From NCBI RefSeq assembly GCF_963921235.1, contig NC_086108.1:76510001-76574000 (forward strand): a DNA stretch of 64,000 nt, written 5' to 3'. Below, in pieces: positions 61,165 to 64,000 of the stretch; positions within the stretch are counted from its first letter, which is position 1, and every line of letters starts with the position of its first letter. Below the pieces are notes generated by a model. The model saw only the letters and a program-made list of their open reading frames with translations. It was not told the origin of the DNA and made no database searches. Source of the stretch: Mobula hypostoma. Lineage: Eukaryota. Both the position numbers and the translations under genes were made by a program.

Positions 61165-62190
61165 ATACATACAAACTGCTTGAGGAACTCAGCAAGTCAG
61201 ACAGCATCTGTGGAGAGGAGTTAACAGTTGATGTTTTAGGGCAAACCCCTTCATCAGGAGTGGAAAGAAAGGATTCAGAAGCCAGTACAAGAAGATGGTG
61301 GGAGGGATAGGAGTACAAGCTCTCAGGTGATAGATGAGACCAGGTGAAGGTGGGTAAGTGGGGGAGGGGGAATGAAGTAAGAAGCTGGAAGGTGATAGGT
61401 GGAAGAGGTAAAGGGCTTGTCAGATTGGGCTCTACTTCATTGAACACCTTTGCTCTGTCCATTGCGAAATAAATAATCTCCCAGTAGCCACCCAGTTCAA
61501 TTTGACTTTCTATTTCAGGGATTCCCAACCTTTTTATGCCATGGAGCCTTACCATTAACTGAGGGTTCTGTGGATCCCAGGTTGGGAACCCCAGTTCTAT
61601 TCCCATTCGTCATGTCTATCCATGGCCTGCCCTGTTACCGCAATGAGGCCACACTCAGGTTGGAGGAACAATACCTTACATTCAATCTGAGAACTTGATG
61701 ACATGAACATTAATTTCTCTAATGACTGATAATTACTCTCCCCTCCCCCTTCTCTCTTTTTTCCCAATCCTCATTATGTCTACCTGCTCACTCCTTCTCT
61801 TCTCCTCACCTGCCCATCATCTCTCTGTAGTTCCCCTTCTCCTTCCCTTTTCTCCCATGGTCTACTGTGCTCCCCGATTAGACTCTTTCTTCTTCAGCCC
61901 TTTACCTGTTCCACCTATCACCTCCAAGCTTCTTTCTTTATTTCCCCTTCCCCTCCCCAACCTATCTCTCACCAATCTCACCTATCACATGCCACATTGT
62001 ACGTCATACTCTCCACCCACCTTCTTATTCTAGCCTCTCCCACCCCCCATCCTTTTCAGTCCCAGTGAAGGGTCCCAGCCTGAAGCATCAACTGTTTATT
62101 CCCCTCCATAGATACTGCCTGACCTACTGAGCTCCTGCTGGATTTTCCGTTGCTTATGGTTGAATACATCTGCAAAACTTCTTGTGCTTA
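61165..62190. mobile_element. Older Neptune-type Penelope-like insertion, inverted arrangement
   Basis: Minus pLTR ~61165-61415; plus GIY-YIG remnant (GAGGCCACACTCAGGTTGGAGGAACAA) and pLTR ~61420-62190. Confidence 0.8.
61516..61594. mobile_element. hAT-type MITE, 79 bp, nested in the Penelope-like remnant
   Basis: TIRs CAGGGATTCCCAACCT / AGGTTGGGAACCCCAG; TSD TTCTATTT / TTCTATTC (7 of 8 match). Confidence 0.85.
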
Positions 62191-62249
62191 TCTCATGCAA
62201 GAAATACTAAGGCACAAAATGTTAAAAAAGGAATAAAGTGAATAATTTA

Positions 62250-62421
62250 TCGAATAAACTCTTATTGGGCTTCAGCTGGGTACAGGTATCAATTATAACC
62301 AATGTTTCCATGACAAACTCTGCCATCTTCATCAGGGATGATGCCTGGGCATGTCTAGTCTGGTGGTATTTATACCCCCATAGTCCATCCCTCCTGATTG
62401 GTTAGTCTTCGTCCAATCAGG
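62250..62421 (-). mobile_element. Poseidon-type pLTR with decayed hammerhead, cut by the LTR element
   Basis: Aligns with 35283-35449; minus strand CC-CTGATGA-AGATGGCAGAGTTTGTCATG-GAAAC. Confidence 0.75.
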
Positions 62422-64000
62422 TGTGGTGATATCACGTGTAATGACGTGTCAGAACGTGATTAGAAAGAGTTCTAAGCATGCACAGAAATGTTAGAATGAT
62501 CTGGAACATGGCTTGGTAAAAACGTTGTTTGGTTTTGTTGCTGTAAATAAAAGTTCTAATTCTTCCAGAATATGATTCTTTATTGTTAACCCACGGTTCG
62601 TATAAATAAGAACACAACAATGGTGTAAGAAGTCGGTCTGGAAGAATAATACTTTCGCTAATACGGAAGAAGCGAAGATAATCGAAGACAAAAAGAGTTC
62701 GAACTGTTTTGGTGTTTGCTAACAGTTTTAAAAATGAAAGGTCTGCATCCTCCGCTGACACTTCAGCTGACTGGGAACATAGCTGAGAACTGGAGAAAAT
62801 TTAAGCAACGTTTTGAAATGTATTTATCAGCGATCGAAGCTGATGATAAACTGGGAAAAAAACAAAAGCTGTGCTTCTACTTCACATAATAGGTGACGAC
62901 GCAATAGAGGTATATAATCAGTTTATTTTTGAAGATGGAAATCATTTAAAATTAGAATCGACAATGGACAAATTTGAAGCATTTTGTATATCGAAGCGTA
63001 ATGTGACGTATGAAAGGCACAAATTTTTTACACGTGCACAGACAGCTGATGAAACAATTGATCAATATGTTACTGAATTGAGACATCGGAGCAAAACATG
63101 CGAGTTTGCAGAATTGACAGACTCTCTCATTAAAGACAGAGAGAGCAAGAGAACAGAATTTGACTCCCAATGCGGCAAAAGTAAAAGTCATAAAGAAAGC
63201 TCCCAGACCCATCCCTTTGTTACCAGCATCTGACAAAGCAATGCCACCAAAACCAGGAGTTGCAATTCTGCCCTCTGGGAGTAACGCACATGCATCAATG
63301 GGCCATGCATTCCATCACAATCTCACCTCTGCAGGAGGACAGAGGCCAAACTTGCCGGTACAGTACAGTACTGATCTGAAGCCAAAAAGTGACAAGATTC
63401 TGGATCCAAATGAAGAAGTGAAAGCACAAGTGAAGGAATTGAGAAGTTTTATTGAAATGATGAAGTCTCAGCATAAAAAAAGAGATTACACAGTTAATGA
63501 ATGAATTAGATGAAGAAGATTCGTATTCATTACAAATGGAAGTGGAAGGAATTAAGAAAGCTACAGTACTTGAAGTACAACCCAGATCATACATGGTCCA
63601 AACAGAAGAAGGAGCAGTGTTAAGAAGAAATCGCGAAGACCTTAAGAAAGAGCCAACTTCAGAGTTTCAGTTAACTGATGCAGACCAGACAAGACATGGA
63701 AATAACAATGAAACACAAGAACTGTGTGAACCACTTGGAAGGTCTACTTGTGTTCGTAAACCCCCAGAGAGACTGACAGAAACATATTAAATCATGAATT
63801 TGTTCTGAATGTTGCTAATTGTTTTTCTTTTTAAGGAAAGGAAGGTGTGGTGATATCACATGTAATGATATGTCAGAATGTGATTGGAAAGAGCTCTGAG
63901 CAAGCGCAGAAATGTTAGAATGATCTGGAACATGGCTTGGTAAAAACGTGGTTTGGTTTTGTTGCTGTAAATAAAAGTTCCAGTTCTTCCAGAATATGAT
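62422..64000 (+). mobile_element. Internally deleted Ty3/gypsy (Mag-like) LTR retrotransposon
   Basis: 5' LTR 62422-62619 (TG...CA); PBS TGGTGTAAGAAGT 62621-62633; gag from ATG 62734 (GNIAENWRKFKQRF...KRNVTYERHKFF...LIKDR); integrase tail ATVLEVQPRSY...RRNR...RKPPERL; PPT 63833-63845; 3' LTR from 63846. Confidence 0.93.
63141..63562 (+). pseudogene. SH3KBP1: Captured intronless fragment of an SH3KBP1/CIN85-family gene (Pro-rich linker and C-terminal coiled coil)
   Basis: SDKAMPPKPG...GQRPNLPVQYSTDLKPK...EEVKAQVKELRSFIEMMKSQHKK/EITQLMNELDEE..LQMEVEGIKKA parallels the CIN85 C-terminus as I recall it ([52 protein letters not shown]). Confidence 0.82.

Noticed and set aside
1..64000. Prokaryotic systems (CRISPR, retrons, defence islands) suggested by the many RT ORFs
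   Set aside because: All RTs are eukaryotic LINE or Penelope types inside a spliced vertebrate gene; no repeat-spacer array or operon structure.
40055..64000. Upstream ERI3 exons or promoter
   Set aside because: No supportable exon or non-repeat CpG island by eye; a short non-coding exon cannot be excluded.

Overview
Vertebrate genomic DNA, AT-rich and largely made of transposable elements. The repeat set (CR1/HER1-type LINEs, V-SINE/HE1-type SINEs, Rex1/Babar, Penelope-like elements) suggests a cartilaginous fish, probably a ray; this is an inference. The only host gene I can support is ERI3 (DEDDh 3'-5' exoribonuclease) on the minus strand, with four coding exons at 40054-39772, 20183-20067, 8841-8782 and 4912-4821, all with AG/GT ends and compatible phases; the 3' exons lie left of the window. 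Main findings: (1) an internally deleted Ty3/gypsy LTR element (62422 to the window end) whose pol region is replaced by about 420 bp of intronless sequence resembling the SH3KBP1/CIN85 C-terminus, i.e. a likely captured host mRNA; (2) a candidate HDV/CPEB3-like ribozyme starting at the apparent 5' end of a near full-length RTE LINE; (3) many Penelope-like insertions with minimal hammerhead ribozymes, several as inverted fold-back pairs, including a ~2.4 kb palindrome; (4) a candidate 47-nt poison exon and a possible mitochondrial/cytosolic dual start in ERI3; (5) a CTCF-like site and Pbx-Hox/Meis motif clusters in repeat-free intronic blocks. Family assignments come from recognising motifs by eye, and boundaries of decayed repeats are approximate.
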